Assembly (NCBI RefSeq): GCF_900107215.1
Contig: NZ_FNPD01000006.1
Coordinates: 49,403 to 113,402 of the forward strand
DNA: 64,000 nt
Origin: Acetomicrobium thermoterrenum DSM 13490
GTDB lineage: Bacteria; Synergistota; Synergistia; Synergistales; Acetomicrobiaceae
Direction: 5' to 3'
In this document: in pieces, positions 1-9,527 of the stretch
Layout: each line of letters begins with the position of its first letter
Position numbering within the stretch: the first letter of the stretch is position 1
Notes under the pieces: generated by a model
The model's input: the letters and a program-made list of their open reading frames with translations, nothing else
The model's database searches: none
What the model was told of the DNA's origin: nothing
Made by a program: the position numbers and the translations under genes

Positions 1-108
1 CTTCGAACAGGCATAGGCCAAAAAAGAACTATCCAATCCGCCCGACAACAATATCAAGATGTTGTCGTATTTATTTATGTATTCCAACAACTTTGTCCAT
101 TTGGACAT
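1..108 (-). CDS. PP-loop ATPase family protein (SGGxDS motif), N-terminal fragment; the gene continues left of the window
   Basis: Minus-strand translation from ATG at 106-108 reads MSKWTKLLEYINKYDNILILLSGGLDSSFLAYACSK. This carries the SGGLDSS PP-loop seen in QueC, LarE and TIGR00268-type enzymes. AGAGGT Shine-Dalgarno sits 6 nt upstream. Confidence 0.45.
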   Translation of the reverse strand, partial: MSKWTKLLEYINKYDNILILLSGGLDSSFLAYACSK

Positions 109-314
109 CCTATTACCTCTTTTCGCCGTAGAGTGCTTCGCAGTTTATTATACATTTTGGCTTATAATAAGTGTAGAAAGTCTGCCGGTCCAGTCTTTAG
201 GTTGATGCATTTAGCCATTGATTGAAAAAGGTAGGCAAAATTACCCTTATCCCTTTTCGGGGTCATGAATTAATATTTAAAAAAACTATGACATTCTAGA
301 AGGATTTTATTTAA

Positions 315-3300
315 ATGTCAAAAAAATTTTTGACAAAAAGAACGCTCAAAACCATAGCATTCCTGTTCTGTCTTTTTCTCTTATCCTTGGTATTGGTCGC
401 CTCGGTGGTTTTAAAAAGGGGAGGCGACTTCGGGTCGGCCTTTGTCGTTGAAGAGATAGAAAAGGCCCTGAAAAATGCCGCAGGTCTTGACCTTCGCTTT
501 GTCTCCTTTTCCGGCAACCCTATCACCGGATACGTAGGTAGCGGCGTCGAGATAATCCTGGACGGCAATGAATTGCTGCTCGCCAAATCTATAGAAATCA
601 AACCATCCGTCAAATCGCTTATCAAAGGGAAACCCGCCGTCAAAAGCATCGAAATAAATTCTATAGATATATCGAAGGATGAAGCTTCGAGATTAGCAAC
701 TGTTATCTCTGCAATCAAAGAAACAAATGCATCGCCCCCTCCACCGATAGAAGAGATCGTCTTGAAAGATGTGGAGATCTCAGGAAAAAGAAACTACAGC
801 ATAAGCCAAGCCAGGTTTAAGCCTCATGACGATTCGATCGACGTCGACTTTCGCGGTGAGATTAATTCCTTAAAAATCTCCGGTAAATTCAGGGCTTTGA
901 GGGCCGACGAAAAGGTAATTTTAGAAGACTGCCATGTTAAGGTGAATGATACAAACCTAAAACTTGAAGGGACGTTGGCACCTCGCATCAATCTAACCGG
1001 TGAAGTCGAGGAGTTGGGCGCCGGAGAGATAGTGGCCCTATTTCCAAAATTCAAAGCGGCACAACCTAGGGGCTTCCTTTCGGGCACTATGGCTATATCT
1101 TACGACGATAGCGGTTCCTTCGCCGTTGAAGGACGTTTTTACGTGCCTTCCGGCGAAATTGTCGATATACCCTTAAACAGCGCTTCATTCACCATGATCT
1201 ACAAAGAAGGCAAACTTAACTTTGAGCTGCTCGAAAATAGGTCTTTCGAGACGGAAGTTACGGGAAACATAGAAGTCGCCTTTAACCCTTTGATTTTGAA
1301 GTTAGACTTATTCTCAGATAAAGCTTCAACAGAAATGTGGCAGGGTCGTTTTCCCTGGCTTTCATCCTTTGGCGGAACGGCAGACGATGTCCGCCTGCAT
1401 CTGGAGGGACATCCGAAGAAGCTCTCGGGAAGGATTCATTTCACGTCCGACGAATTTACCGCCACTTGGTTAACCTTAAAGGATGCTGAAATTGCCGCAG
1501 ATATATCCGGTAAGGAGGTTTCCTTCAAAGGCAGGGGATATTGGCAGGGAATCCCCATCGCTGTGGAGGGATCGGCTCTGCATAACGGCTCCTTGATGCT
1601 CGATGCCTTGGTCTCTACCGAAGGGTTAGAAATCGGTAAGTTGGGCCGACTTTTCAATTCCCTTTCGGACGTGAACCTCGAGGGCCAATGCGACATTACC
1701 GTCAAAGTACAGGGTAAACCTGACGAATTGGCCTTAGAAGGGGTCGCGAAATCTAATCAACTCAAAGCAGGCTTCGCCGATTTGAGAGATCTAAAGATGG
1801 AATTCACCCTTAAAAAGGACGGATTAAAGATCTCGTCTTTACAGGCAAAACTTTACGATGGCAAAGTGACAGGGCAGGGGACTGTCTCAGATCTCTTTTC
1901 GCCGAGCCCTAACATTGACCTATCGGGAATTGCAAGAGATATCGAGTTAGGCGGAATATTCGACTCCATCAATCCAAAGATAAAGGGAAAAACCGAAGTG
2001 AAATGGAGCATTTCAAAGGAAAAGGAGGGGGCCATTTTTTCGGTAGAGGCCGACGCACCTGCTTTAGTCTTTGGCGATTTGTTGAAGCTACAAGACCTGC
2101 ACGCCGAGGCAACTTCCTTTGAAGGCGGCTTAAACTTAAAGGGGCGGGCCCTGTGCAATGGCGGAAAGGTGGAGTTTCTGGGAAAAATAAAAGATGAAAG
2201 GGGCGAGCTTTTTACGGACATCTCAGGGACGATTTCCGATTTGCGCCTCGAGCCGAAAACATGGCCTATTCATGGTATGTTAAGAGGAAATTTCAAAGCG
2301 GAAGAACGCAGCGGAGATCTAAATTTCTATGCAGAGATGTACGGCCAGGATATAACGGTAAAAGACATCCCACTAAGGGACCTAAAATTGGCCGTGGGCG
2401 GAAAGAATTCTTCGATGGAAGTGCAGTCCCTCTCCTTCGGTCTCTGCAATGGCATTGTCTCCTTGGGCGGAATAATTGAGGGGAATAGCTTGCATTTAAC
2501 GGGAGATTTCAATGCCGTCGATCTCTCGGGACTTCCCTTTCCTTCTCTTTGGTTTGTTCGGGGTATAACGGGCGGGAAATTGGTCATAGAAGGTGAGTTG
2601 ACCTCTCCTCAGATTGAGATAGATGGGGTGATCAAAGAGGCAGCAATAAACGGCTTAACTTTTGAAACCGTAAAATTCAAGGCTAAAAGCGATACGGTCA
2701 ATCTTGCATTAGACGTCACGGAGGCCAGCGGTGAAAATTGGACAATAAAGGGGAAAGCTAAGGGCAACATCAAGCCCGATCCGTCCTTCGAATTCGACGT
2801 CGGCGGAGACAACGTCCCCATAGATATGTTTTCCCAACTGCTTTCGCCAAATCTAAAAGGAAAGCTTAAAGGCAGGGCCAAGATGAGTTTTGCCGGCGAA
2901 TACGACGGAGCCTTAACCTATCGGGGCCATATCCGATCAGAGGAGCTTTCTCTTTTCGACGTAAAGTTCCAAGACGTGGAAATTCCCCTTGTTTTTAGCT
3001 CCGATTCCCTTCGGATCGATGGCTTGAAGGCCTCGCTATTTGGAGGAACCTTGAATATGAACTATTTCGCTCAAATTGGAAAGCTCCTAACGTGGCAAAG
3101 CGATATAGATATAAAAAACGCTCCACTGAACGTATTTTTGCAAAATTTTCTGGCGGAATCAGTTTCATCGGATGGCGCCTTAAACCTTTCACTCAATTTG
3201 AAGGGCGAAGGTACGCGATTGGTGAACCTGTCGGGCTACGGCAAATTAGATGTGACAGACGGTAAAATCGTAGGATTTGCTGGAAAAAACGACGGGCTGA

Positions 3301-3929
3301 AAAGTATTGGACTTGATAGCCTGAATTTTCAGAAGGCCTCACTGGACTTTTATATCAACGGTCCGTCACTTTACATTTTGCCGGGAAGCATGATAACCTC
3401 TCAACCCAACGATTCCCTGTACCGATATATCTCCATTGACGGTATTCTAACTTTAGACGGGATGATCGATCTGTTCTGCTCGGGAAATATAAATGTCAAA
3501 GCTTTAAATGCCCTGACCAGGGCCTTAAAGGAAGTAGCGATACTTGAAAATCCGACGGAACAAGAACTTGCCCAAAATTTACTAAAGGGCTTCATCGGCG
3601 GATTTTCCCTCAACGACTTTAAAGACGTTTCTCTGTACATAAAAGGCAACTGGCCATCTCTGACGATCTCAAATCTAAGGGTAAACGAACCTCTCATGGC
3701 CAAAGGCCCATCATATTACCAATTCGATGATGACGAAGATGAGTGGAGATTCAACCTCCATTTTAACTTCCAGACGGGCAGCGGCAAACCTTCTGAGGGG
3801 GATTTCGGGGAGCAGTTCGTTTCACAGATCCTGGAAGGACTTTTAAACGGCATTTTCAACCCCACCTCAGAGAATAACAGTAAAAAAGGCACCTTCTCCA
3901 GCGCGGACGAAATCAAGGGAAATCATTAA
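315..3929 (+). CDS. AsmA/TamB-like large envelope protein (1204 aa) with one N-terminal transmembrane anchor
   Basis: N-terminal hydrophobic helix (IAFLFCLFLLSLVLVASVV) followed by a long beta-rich repetitive region, typical of the AsmA family. TATAAT-like -10 box near 163-168. Confidence 0.5.
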   Translation: MSKKFLTKRTLKTIAFLFCLFLLSLVLVASVVLKRGGDFGSAFVVEEIEKALKNAAGLDLRFVSFSGNPITGYVGSGVEIILDGNELLLAKSIEIKPSVKSLIKGKPAVKSIEINSIDISKDEASRLATVISAIKETNASPPPPIEEIVLKDVEISGKRNYSISQARFKPHDDSIDVDFRGEINSLKISGKFRALRADEKVILEDCHVKVNDTNLKLEGTLAPRINLTGEVEELGAGEIVALFPKFKAAQPRGFLSGTMAISYDDSGSFAVEGRFYVPSGEIVDIPLNSASFTMIYKEGKLNFELLENRSFETEVTGNIEVAFNPLILKLDLFSDKASTEMWQGRFPWLSSFGGTADDVRLHLEGHPKKLSGRIHFTSDEFTATWLTLKDAEIAADISGKEVSFKGRGYWQGIPIAVEGSALHNGSLMLDALVSTEGLEIGKLGRLFNSLSDVNLEGQCDITVKVQGKPDELALEGVAKSNQLKAGFADLRDLKMEFTLKKDGLKISSLQAKLYDGKVTGQGTVSDLFSPSPNIDLSGIARDIELGGIFDSINPKIKGKTEVKWSISKEKEGAIFSVEADAPALVFGDLLKLQDLHAEATSFEGGLNLKGRALCNGGKVEFLGKIKDERGELFTDISGTISDLRLEPKTWPIHGMLRGNFKAEERSGDLNFYAEMYGQDITVKDIPLRDLKLAVGGKNSSMEVQSLSFGLCNGIVSLGGIIEGNSLHLTGDFNAVDLSGLPFPSLWFVRGITGGKLVIEGELTSPQIEIDGVIKEAAINGLTFETVKFKAKSDTVNLALDVTEASGENWTIKGKAKGNIKPDPSFEFDVGGDNVPIDMFSQLLSPNLKGKLKGRAKMSFAGEYDGALTYRGHIRSEELSLFDVKFQDVEIPLVFSSDSLRIDGLKASLFGGTLNMNYFAQIGKLLTWQSDIDIKNAPLNVFLQNFLAESVSSDGALNLSLNLKGEGTRLVNLSGYGKLDVTDGKIVGFAGKNDGLKSIGLDSLNFQKASLDFYINGPSLYILPGSMITSQPNDSLYRYISIDGILTLDGMIDLFCSGNINVKALNALTRALKEVAILENPTEQELAQNLLKGFIGGFSLNDFKDVSLYIKGNWPSLTISNLRVNEPLMAKGPSYYQFDDDEDEWRFNLHFNFQTGSGKPSEGDFGEQFVSQILEGLLNGIFNPTSENNSKKGTFSSADEIKGNH

Positions 3930-3955
3930 GATCCCGCTTTACGTCGAGATTAGCC

Positions 3956-4924
3956 TCAATTTTCGGACAGGACTCTCATCAAAACTTCGTGATCGATGTT
4001 GCCTCCCGATATGACCACTCCGACATTACGCCCCACAGCCGATATCCGTCCCGATAATAACGCAGCAACACCGATAGCCCCCGCTCCCTCAACTACCTGA
4101 TGGTGTTTTTTATGAAGGAAAGAGATTGCCCCGGCAATGTCCTTTTCTTCTACGGCAATGAAATCATCAACGCGAACCCTGGCAAGATCGAGCAAAGACT
4201 GCGGTATTCCGCCCGTCAGGCCATCGGCCAATGTGTCTGAATAGGATACATCTACGACCCTTCCCGACTGCCAAGATGCAACCCAGGGCATGGATGCCAC
4301 CGATTGAACTCCGACGATCCTTATACGGGGAGAAAGGGCCTTAGCAGCGGTAGCGATGCCGGTTATTAAACCGCCGCCCCCTGCCGGCACAACGATCATA
4401 TCGAGCTCAGGTTCGTCCAACAACATCTCAAGCCCCACGGTACCGGCGCCACTTACGATGTAATGATCCTCATAGGAAGAGACATAGGTCAAACCTTCGG
4501 TTCTCGACAGCTCCTTTGCAGCCGCCTCCGCTTCGTCGTACAGGCCTTCGGTCACCCTAAGCTCTACTGTATCGCCGCCCAACCTTTTAATAGCCTTTCG
4601 TTTGGTTATAGGACATACCGACGGTACAAAGACTACCGCCCTGACGCCAAGCATTTTGGCAGCCATGGCCACCCCTTGAGCGTGATTGCCGCTTGAAGCG
4701 GTCACGACTCCCCGCTTTCTCTCGCCCTCGGACATGTGAAACATTTTATTAAGAGATCCTCTGATCTTAAAGGATCCGCAAGGTTGCATGTTCTCCCACT
4801 TGAGAAAAACTCTTCCTCCCGCTATCTCGCTCAAATCGGCCGATTCTTCCGTTGGAGTGCGCCTCGCCTTGCCTTCTAAAAATTTTGCCGCCCTCAATAC
4901 GTCCCTCATTTCAGGCCATATCAT
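3956..4924 (-). CDS. PLP-dependent threonine/serine dehydratase (tryptophan-synthase-beta fold)
   Basis: SFKIRGS motif holds the PLP lysine and a glycine-rich SGNHAQG loop follows. The 322-aa length matches catabolic threonine dehydratase or serine racemase-like enzymes. Confidence 0.7.
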   Translation of the reverse strand: MIWPEMRDVLRAAKFLEGKARRTPTEESADLSEIAGGRVFLKWENMQPCGSFKIRGSLNKMFHMSEGERKRGVVTASSGNHAQGVAMAAKMLGVRAVVFVPSVCPITKRKAIKRLGGDTVELRVTEGLYDEAEAAAKELSRTEGLTYVSSYEDHYIVSGAGTVGLEMLLDEPELDMIVVPAGGGGLITGIATAAKALSPRIRIVGVQSVASMPWVASWQSGRVVDVSYSDTLADGLTGGIPQSLLDLARVRVDDFIAVEEKDIAGAISFLHKKHHQVVEGAGAIGVAALLSGRISAVGRNVGVVISGGNIDHEVLMRVLSEN

Positions 4925-5119
4925 AATTTTTTTACGATTCTCCTTTGTGTGCTTTAATTTTATAAAGGTTTTTACAACACTTCATGGTAATATTATAATA
5001 TTAATAATTCCATGTCAAAGCAGCAGGATACCGTCTGCTCCTGTCCTCTTTGAGGCAGAAATGGCCTTTTGGGTGCGCCGTTTTAAAAATTGATATTTTG
5101 TAGAGGTGACTTCAGCCCA

Positions 5120-6205
5120 ATGAAGCTAATAAGCACGGAAAAGCTGAAACCGGGGATGATAGTAGCGCGTCCTATTATATCGGATGTAGGTATCCTCTTG
5201 CTTAATAGTGATGTAACACTCAATGATAGCCTGATAGAGCTCATAAAAAGAAGGGGCATTCCCTTTCTTTACGTCAAGGACGATAGGATAGATACAGACC
5301 TTAAACCCCTCATAGCGCCTGAGGATACGGCAAAGGCAGTATACGTCATCAAAAAAGCTTTTGACCAAGCCCTTCAAAGCAGCCTCAGGCGTTCCTCACA
5401 GATGAACCTGGAACTTCTGAATGATATAGTTTCAGGCATCGTGGAAATCATTTCAAGACAAAATGACCTGATCGTTCACCTAATTGACATTAAAAACGCC
5501 GATTCCTACACCTTCCAACATAGCCTCCAAGTTATGACCATCTCTCTCATGATCGGCAAGAGCCTGGACATGACCAAAAACCAGCTTCATAATCTGGGCA
5601 TGGGCGCGGTCCTGCACGACATAGGGAAGGTCGGAATTCCTAAGTCAATCTTGAACAAAGAAGGGCCTTTGACGGAGGAAGAGAGAAATATAGTAAGACA
5701 ACACCCCAAAACAGGTTTTGAATTGCTGCAGGATTGCCCGTTAGTTTGGCCCACGGCCAGGGCCGTCGTCCTGCAGCACCATGAAAAATGGGACGGCTCG
5801 GGTTACCCCCGAGGCCTTGCAGGAGAGGACATCCACATCTATTCTCGCATAGTAGCCCCAGTGAACGTTTACGATGCTTTGATATCGAAAAGGCCCTATC
5901 GAGAATCCATGCTCCCTCATCAAGCCTATTATTACATAAAGGGAAAAGCCGGCTTGTTGTTCGACCCCCTCGTGGTAGAAAAATTCCTAGATATAGTAGC
6001 CCCCTATCCGATTGGCACTTGGGTCAAACTAAACTCCGGCGAGATTGGATTGGTCACGTCGATAGAGCCAGGGAAAGTAGCCTATCCCGTGGTCAAGATC
6101 TTTTACGATAATAATTTAAAGCCTATGAAAAACCCAACCACAATATCCTTGTCCGAAAACTCAATATTATCTATAGATGAAGTTGTAGAGGAACCATCAG
6201 AATAA
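5120..6205 (+). CDS. HD-GYP domain c-di-GMP phosphodiesterase
   Basis: HDIGK and HHEKWDGSGYP motifs. Probable start is MKLISTEKL at 5120, with GAGGTGA Shine-Dalgarno 8 nt upstream; the ORF-track start at 5090 is likely an extension. Confidence 0.8.
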   Translation: MKLISTEKLKPGMIVARPIISDVGILLLNSDVTLNDSLIELIKRRGIPFLYVKDDRIDTDLKPLIAPEDTAKAVYVIKKAFDQALQSSLRRSSQMNLELLNDIVSGIVEIISRQNDLIVHLIDIKNADSYTFQHSLQVMTISLMIGKSLDMTKNQLHNLGMGAVLHDIGKVGIPKSILNKEGPLTEEERNIVRQHPKTGFELLQDCPLVWPTARAVVLQHHEKWDGSGYPRGLAGEDIHIYSRIVAPVNVYDALISKRPYRESMLPHQAYYYIKGKAGLLFDPLVVEKFLDIVAPYPIGTWVKLNSGEIGLVTSIEPGKVAYPVVKIFYDNNLKPMKNPTTISLSENSILSIDEVVEEPSE

Positions 6206-6226
6206 CATACGAAGGGGGATCGCTGA

Positions 6227-7225
6227 ATGTTTTTGCTTTGCATTGCCAACACCGAATTGAGCAAAATACCTAGCCTTTCTGCCGCAGGAGAAAACGTCGA
6301 AGCCATAAAGTACACAGTGCCTTCCGATGCAGAACTCGTCTATTGGGGAAAATGCCTCACAAGCTCTTTCCTGCCGGTCGACCCTGAAGGACATCCCACA
6401 CCTGCAATACTTACAAGGGCAGCTTACGAAGAGGCCCAATTTCCCGTTATGGTCGTAAGGACAGGAAGCTTCATCCCTCCCGCCTGTCCCTATGTAGAGA
6501 TATCGTCGACGCCCGGCGCAAATCCCCTAGAAAGACCTGCCGTAATTGAAGCGAAGAGAATATATTCCTGGGCAAAAACCTTGGGACATAACATATCGGC
6601 AATTGAGCCCCTTGTGGTCATAGGAGAATCCATACCTGGAGGGACCACCTCCGCATTTCTCGTTCTTAAGGCCCTGGGCTACGACGGCATGGTCTCCTCG
6701 GCAAGCCCCAAAAACCCGACGAACCTGAAAGTAGAGATTTGGAAAAAATGTTGTGAGGTCTACGGCATAAGCGAAGGTTCGCTTCGACATAAAGGGCTAG
6801 ATGCCCTCTCTCTTTTGGGAGATCCTATGCAGGCAGCGGTAGCAGGGATTGCCATGGGATCCTTTAACAGGTCTCGCGTTGTCCTTGCAGGCGGAACTCA
6901 AATGCTTGCCGTAGCAGCCATCTTGAGGCATGAAGGGTACAATGGGGAAATCGAGATAGCCACAACGAAATACGTGGCCACGGACAAGACGGCAAACTTC
7001 GCCGATTTGGCTGAAAGCCTGGGAATCAAAATTCATGTCGTTCCCGTCGACCTATCCCGCTCAGCCTTCAAAGGGCTTTCGGATTACGAAAGAGGTTACG
7101 TAAAGGAGGGCGTTGGCGCCGGAGGCGCCCTGTGGTATGCAACTTATCTGGGCCTTTCCCTTGATAGGTTGACCGACAAAATAGAGAAACTATACGACAA
7201 CTTAATCAAGGGTGCTCTTCAATGA
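6227..7225 (+). CDS. cobT: CobT-like nicotinate-nucleotide--dimethylbenzimidazole phosphoribosyltransferase (archaeal/UPF0284-type)
   Basis: GESIPGGTTSAF nucleotide-loop motif. Its stop overlaps the cobU start (ATGA) and cobS lies downstream. GAAGGGGG Shine-Dalgarno precedes the start. Confidence 0.55.
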   Translation: MFLLCIANTELSKIPSLSAAGENVEAIKYTVPSDAELVYWGKCLTSSFLPVDPEGHPTPAILTRAAYEEAQFPVMVVRTGSFIPPACPYVEISSTPGANPLERPAVIEAKRIYSWAKTLGHNISAIEPLVVIGESIPGGTTSAFLVLKALGYDGMVSSASPKNPTNLKVEIWKKCCEVYGISEGSLRHKGLDALSLLGDPMQAAVAGIAMGSFNRSRVVLAGGTQMLAVAAILRHEGYNGEIEIATTKYVATDKTANFADLAESLGIKIHVVPVDLSRSAFKGLSDYERGYVKEGVGAGGALWYATYLGLSLDRLTDKIEKLYDNLIKGALQ

Positions 7226-7776
7226 GACTGATATTTATCCTAGGAGGGGCGAGAAGCGGAAAGAGCAGCTTCGCTAAAGCTATATTGGAGAAATATGAAG
7301 GGCCCGTCACCTTTCTGGCCACCGCAAAACCGGGTGACGAAGAAATGAGGAGGCGCATCTTTTTTCACAAAAGAGAAAGGCCTGCCTCATGGAGCACCTG
7401 GGAGGGCAATCCCAAGGATCTCATAGATTTCGCCGACGCGATCAAAGGGGCCGCTTTGATGGATTGTCTCACCACGTGGCTGTCGGAACTCATATTCGAC
7501 AATTACGATATCGAAAACCTCTCCGAAGGGGAGTGGAAAAGGGCCGAAGGAGAGCTTCTCTCCAATGTAGAGGATTTATGTGGAGTCAGAGGACCGGAAG
7601 TATTCGTCATAGTTAGCAACGAGTTAGGTTGCGGAATTACACCCCTCTCGTTAATGGGACGAAGATTTCGGGACCTCCACGGCAGAGCCAATCAAATTGT
7701 CGCCTCGCGAGCGGAAAGGGTCGCCATGATCATGGCCGGATTGCCCCTGTGGCTTAAAGGCAAACCACTCTTTTGA
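7222..7776 (+). CDS. cobU: Adenosylcobinamide kinase / adenosylcobinamide-phosphate guanylyltransferase
   Basis: P-loop ILGGARSGKSSFA. Length of 184 aa fits CobU/CobP. Confidence 0.8.
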   Translation: MRLIFILGGARSGKSSFAKAILEKYEGPVTFLATAKPGDEEMRRRIFFHKRERPASWSTWEGNPKDLIDFADAIKGAALMDCLTTWLSELIFDNYDIENLSEGEWKRAEGELLSNVEDLCGVRGPEVFVIVSNELGCGITPLSLMGRRFRDLHGRANQIVASRAERVAMIMAGLPLWLKGKPLF

Positions 7777-7890
7777 CTTCAGTGATTTGACAAAAGACGA
7801 GCGATGCTGGCCGCAAAAAAATTTTGCATATAAAATATCTTTTCAAGATAATGTAGAGGTAATTCACAAATTCCAAAAGGGGGGCTGGCC

Positions 7891-8637
7891 TTGCGCATAT
7901 TGGAGTTGATAGCGGCTTCATTTGCTTTTTTCAGCAGAATTCCCGTGCCTAAAATCCTTTTGCCCGAAAAAGAACCACCCTATGCCATGATTCTCGTCGT
8001 ATCTCCTCTAATGGGGGGATTCTTAGGCGCTATATGGGGAGGGATAGGGGCATTCCTCAGCTTGAGGTTTGCTGCGCTCGGTGCCGCCTGGGCCTCGGCA
8101 GTAGTATACGTCCTTTTGGGCTGGGGATTGCACCTGGACGGTCTGAGCGACATTGCCGACGGTTGGGCAAGCGGTAAAAGCGGTGAGGAAATGAGAGAGA
8201 TCGTGAAGGACAGCCGCTGCGGTCCCTATGGCGTTATGGCCCTGGTCTTGACCTTTGGCCTCTGGACTTCCCTCCTGTTCGCCCTCCCTTCATGGCGATG
8301 GATAACGATAGGAATGATAGTGAGCGCATCGGGCAAATGGGCGATGTGTTGCGCTGCCTGTATCGGCAATTGTCCTTGGAAGAACAGTATGGCCTTTTCT
8401 TTCGTTCAAAATTTTTCCCTCAAAGAAACCGCTTACGCTTTTGTCTGTTTTGTGTTAATCTTCTTCTTCGGACCTTGGATGTGGGTCTTGTCCTTTTTAG
8501 CGACGACGGTCGTAGGCGTCCTTATGTCCCTTTGGGCACAATACAGATTGGGGGGGATAAGCGGCGACGTCCTTGGGGCAACGGAGGTTTTGGGCGAAGT
8601 CCTTGCCCTTGCTGCTATAGCTTTATTTACGTCCTAA
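7891..8637 (+). CDS. cobS: Adenosylcobinamide-GDP ribazoletransferase (cobalamin synthase), polytopic membrane protein
   Basis: Multiple transmembrane segments and a CobS-like N-terminus (FFSRIPVP). Position directly after cobU. TTG start. Confidence 0.8.
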   Translation: MRILELIAASFAFFSRIPVPKILLPEKEPPYAMILVVSPLMGGFLGAIWGGIGAFLSLRFAALGAAWASAVVYVLLGWGLHLDGLSDIADGWASGKSGEEMREIVKDSRCGPYGVMALVLTFGLWTSLLFALPSWRWITIGMIVSASGKWAMCCAACIGNCPWKNSMAFSFVQNFSLKETAYAFVCFVLIFFFGPWMWVLSFLATTVVGVLMSLWAQYRLGGISGDVLGATEVLGEVLALAAIALFTS

Positions 8638-8702
8638 ACTACCAAGGGCAGGACAGATCCGCAATTTTTAGCACACTGATAAGGAAAGAAGAAGTGGTAA
8701 GA

Positions 8703-9527
8703 ATGAAAAATCCGGTAAGAAAAAAAATAAAACTGATCGCGATAGATCTGGACGGATCTTTATTGACTTCACAAAACAACATTACCGAAAGGACGGCTCT
8801 GGTCATTAAAGAACTGATCTCCCGCGGGGTTATTTTTGTAATAGCAACGGGGAGGATGTTTCCCTCTGCAAGAAAATATGCCCTTCAATTCGGACCCAAT
8901 ACTCAGGTAATATCTTATAACGGCGCCTTGATAAAAAGCGCTGCTGGCGAGCTGTTGTTGCATAAGCCGATACCGCTGAATTTGGCCAAGGACGTGATGT
9001 CCTTTTTAAGGGAGAGGAAATGGCACGTAAACAGCTACATTGACGATGTGCTCTACGTCAAGGAATTGAACCAAAAGGCCTTGATATATGCCAGAAACTC
9101 GGGTGTAACGCCCCAAGTCGCGGGCGATGAGATATACAACCCAAAAAAAGAGCCGACCAAGCTGCTCGTCGTTGCCAACGACCCAAACCAGACGGAGCAA
9201 ATCAGAGACGAGATAAAACTGAATTTCAACGACCGCCTCTTCGTGGCCATTTCATCACCACTTTATATCGATCTTGGGAATCCGGAGACGAGCAAGGGAA
9301 GGGCTATAAAATTTCTGGCCGATCGCCTTGGCATAGAAAGAGACGAAATATGCGTCATAGGCGATTCCGAAAACGACGTAGAGATGTTCGAAGCGGCAGG
9401 AGTGTCGATCGCCATGGGAAACGCCAGAGAGGACGTGAAATCCAAGGCCTCCTTCGTAACTGCCTCCAACGACGAAGATGGCGTAGCCGTAGCCATTGAA
9501 GAGATCGTCATTCCCCGCTATCTTTAA
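8703..9527 (+). CDS. Cof-type HAD-IIB family hydrolase (sugar-phosphate phosphatase)
   Basis: DLDGSLL motif I, ATGR motif II and GDSENDVEMF motif IV. Real start is ATG at 8703 (MKNPVRKK); the 411-aa ORF-track start at 8292 is an unsupported upstream extension that overlaps cobS. Confidence 0.8.
   Translation: MKNPVRKKIKLIAIDLDGSLLTSQNNITERTALVIKELISRGVIFVIATGRMFPSARKYALQFGPNTQVISYNGALIKSAAGELLLHKPIPLNLAKDVMSFLRERKWHVNSYIDDVLYVKELNQKALIYARNSGVTPQVAGDEIYNPKKEPTKLLVVANDPNQTEQIRDEIKLNFNDRLFVAISSPLYIDLGNPETSKGRAIKFLADRLGIERDEICVIGDSENDVEMFEAAGVSIAMGNAREDVKSKASFVTASNDEDGVAVAIEEIVIPRYL

Noticed and set aside
311-718. Antisense and overlapping ORFs throughout the track, for example 311-718(-), 4788-5093(+), 6197-6439(-), 14416-14688(-), 28721-29077(-), 42130-42480(-), 59435-59698(-) and many others
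   Set aside because: Each lies fully inside a longer ORF on the opposite strand or in another frame that has clear family motifs. They have no Shine-Dalgarno sequence and low-complexity translations, so they are shadow ORFs.
6206-6226. Cobalamin riboswitch ahead of the cobT-like gene
   Set aside because: Only 21 nt of intergenic space. No B12-box sequence was seen upstream of 5090 either.
8292-8702. 411-aa version of the HAD hydrolase starting at 8292
   Set aside because: The N-terminal 137 residues overlap cobS in another frame and carry no HAD motifs. ATG at 8703 is followed immediately by the DLDGSLL motif I.
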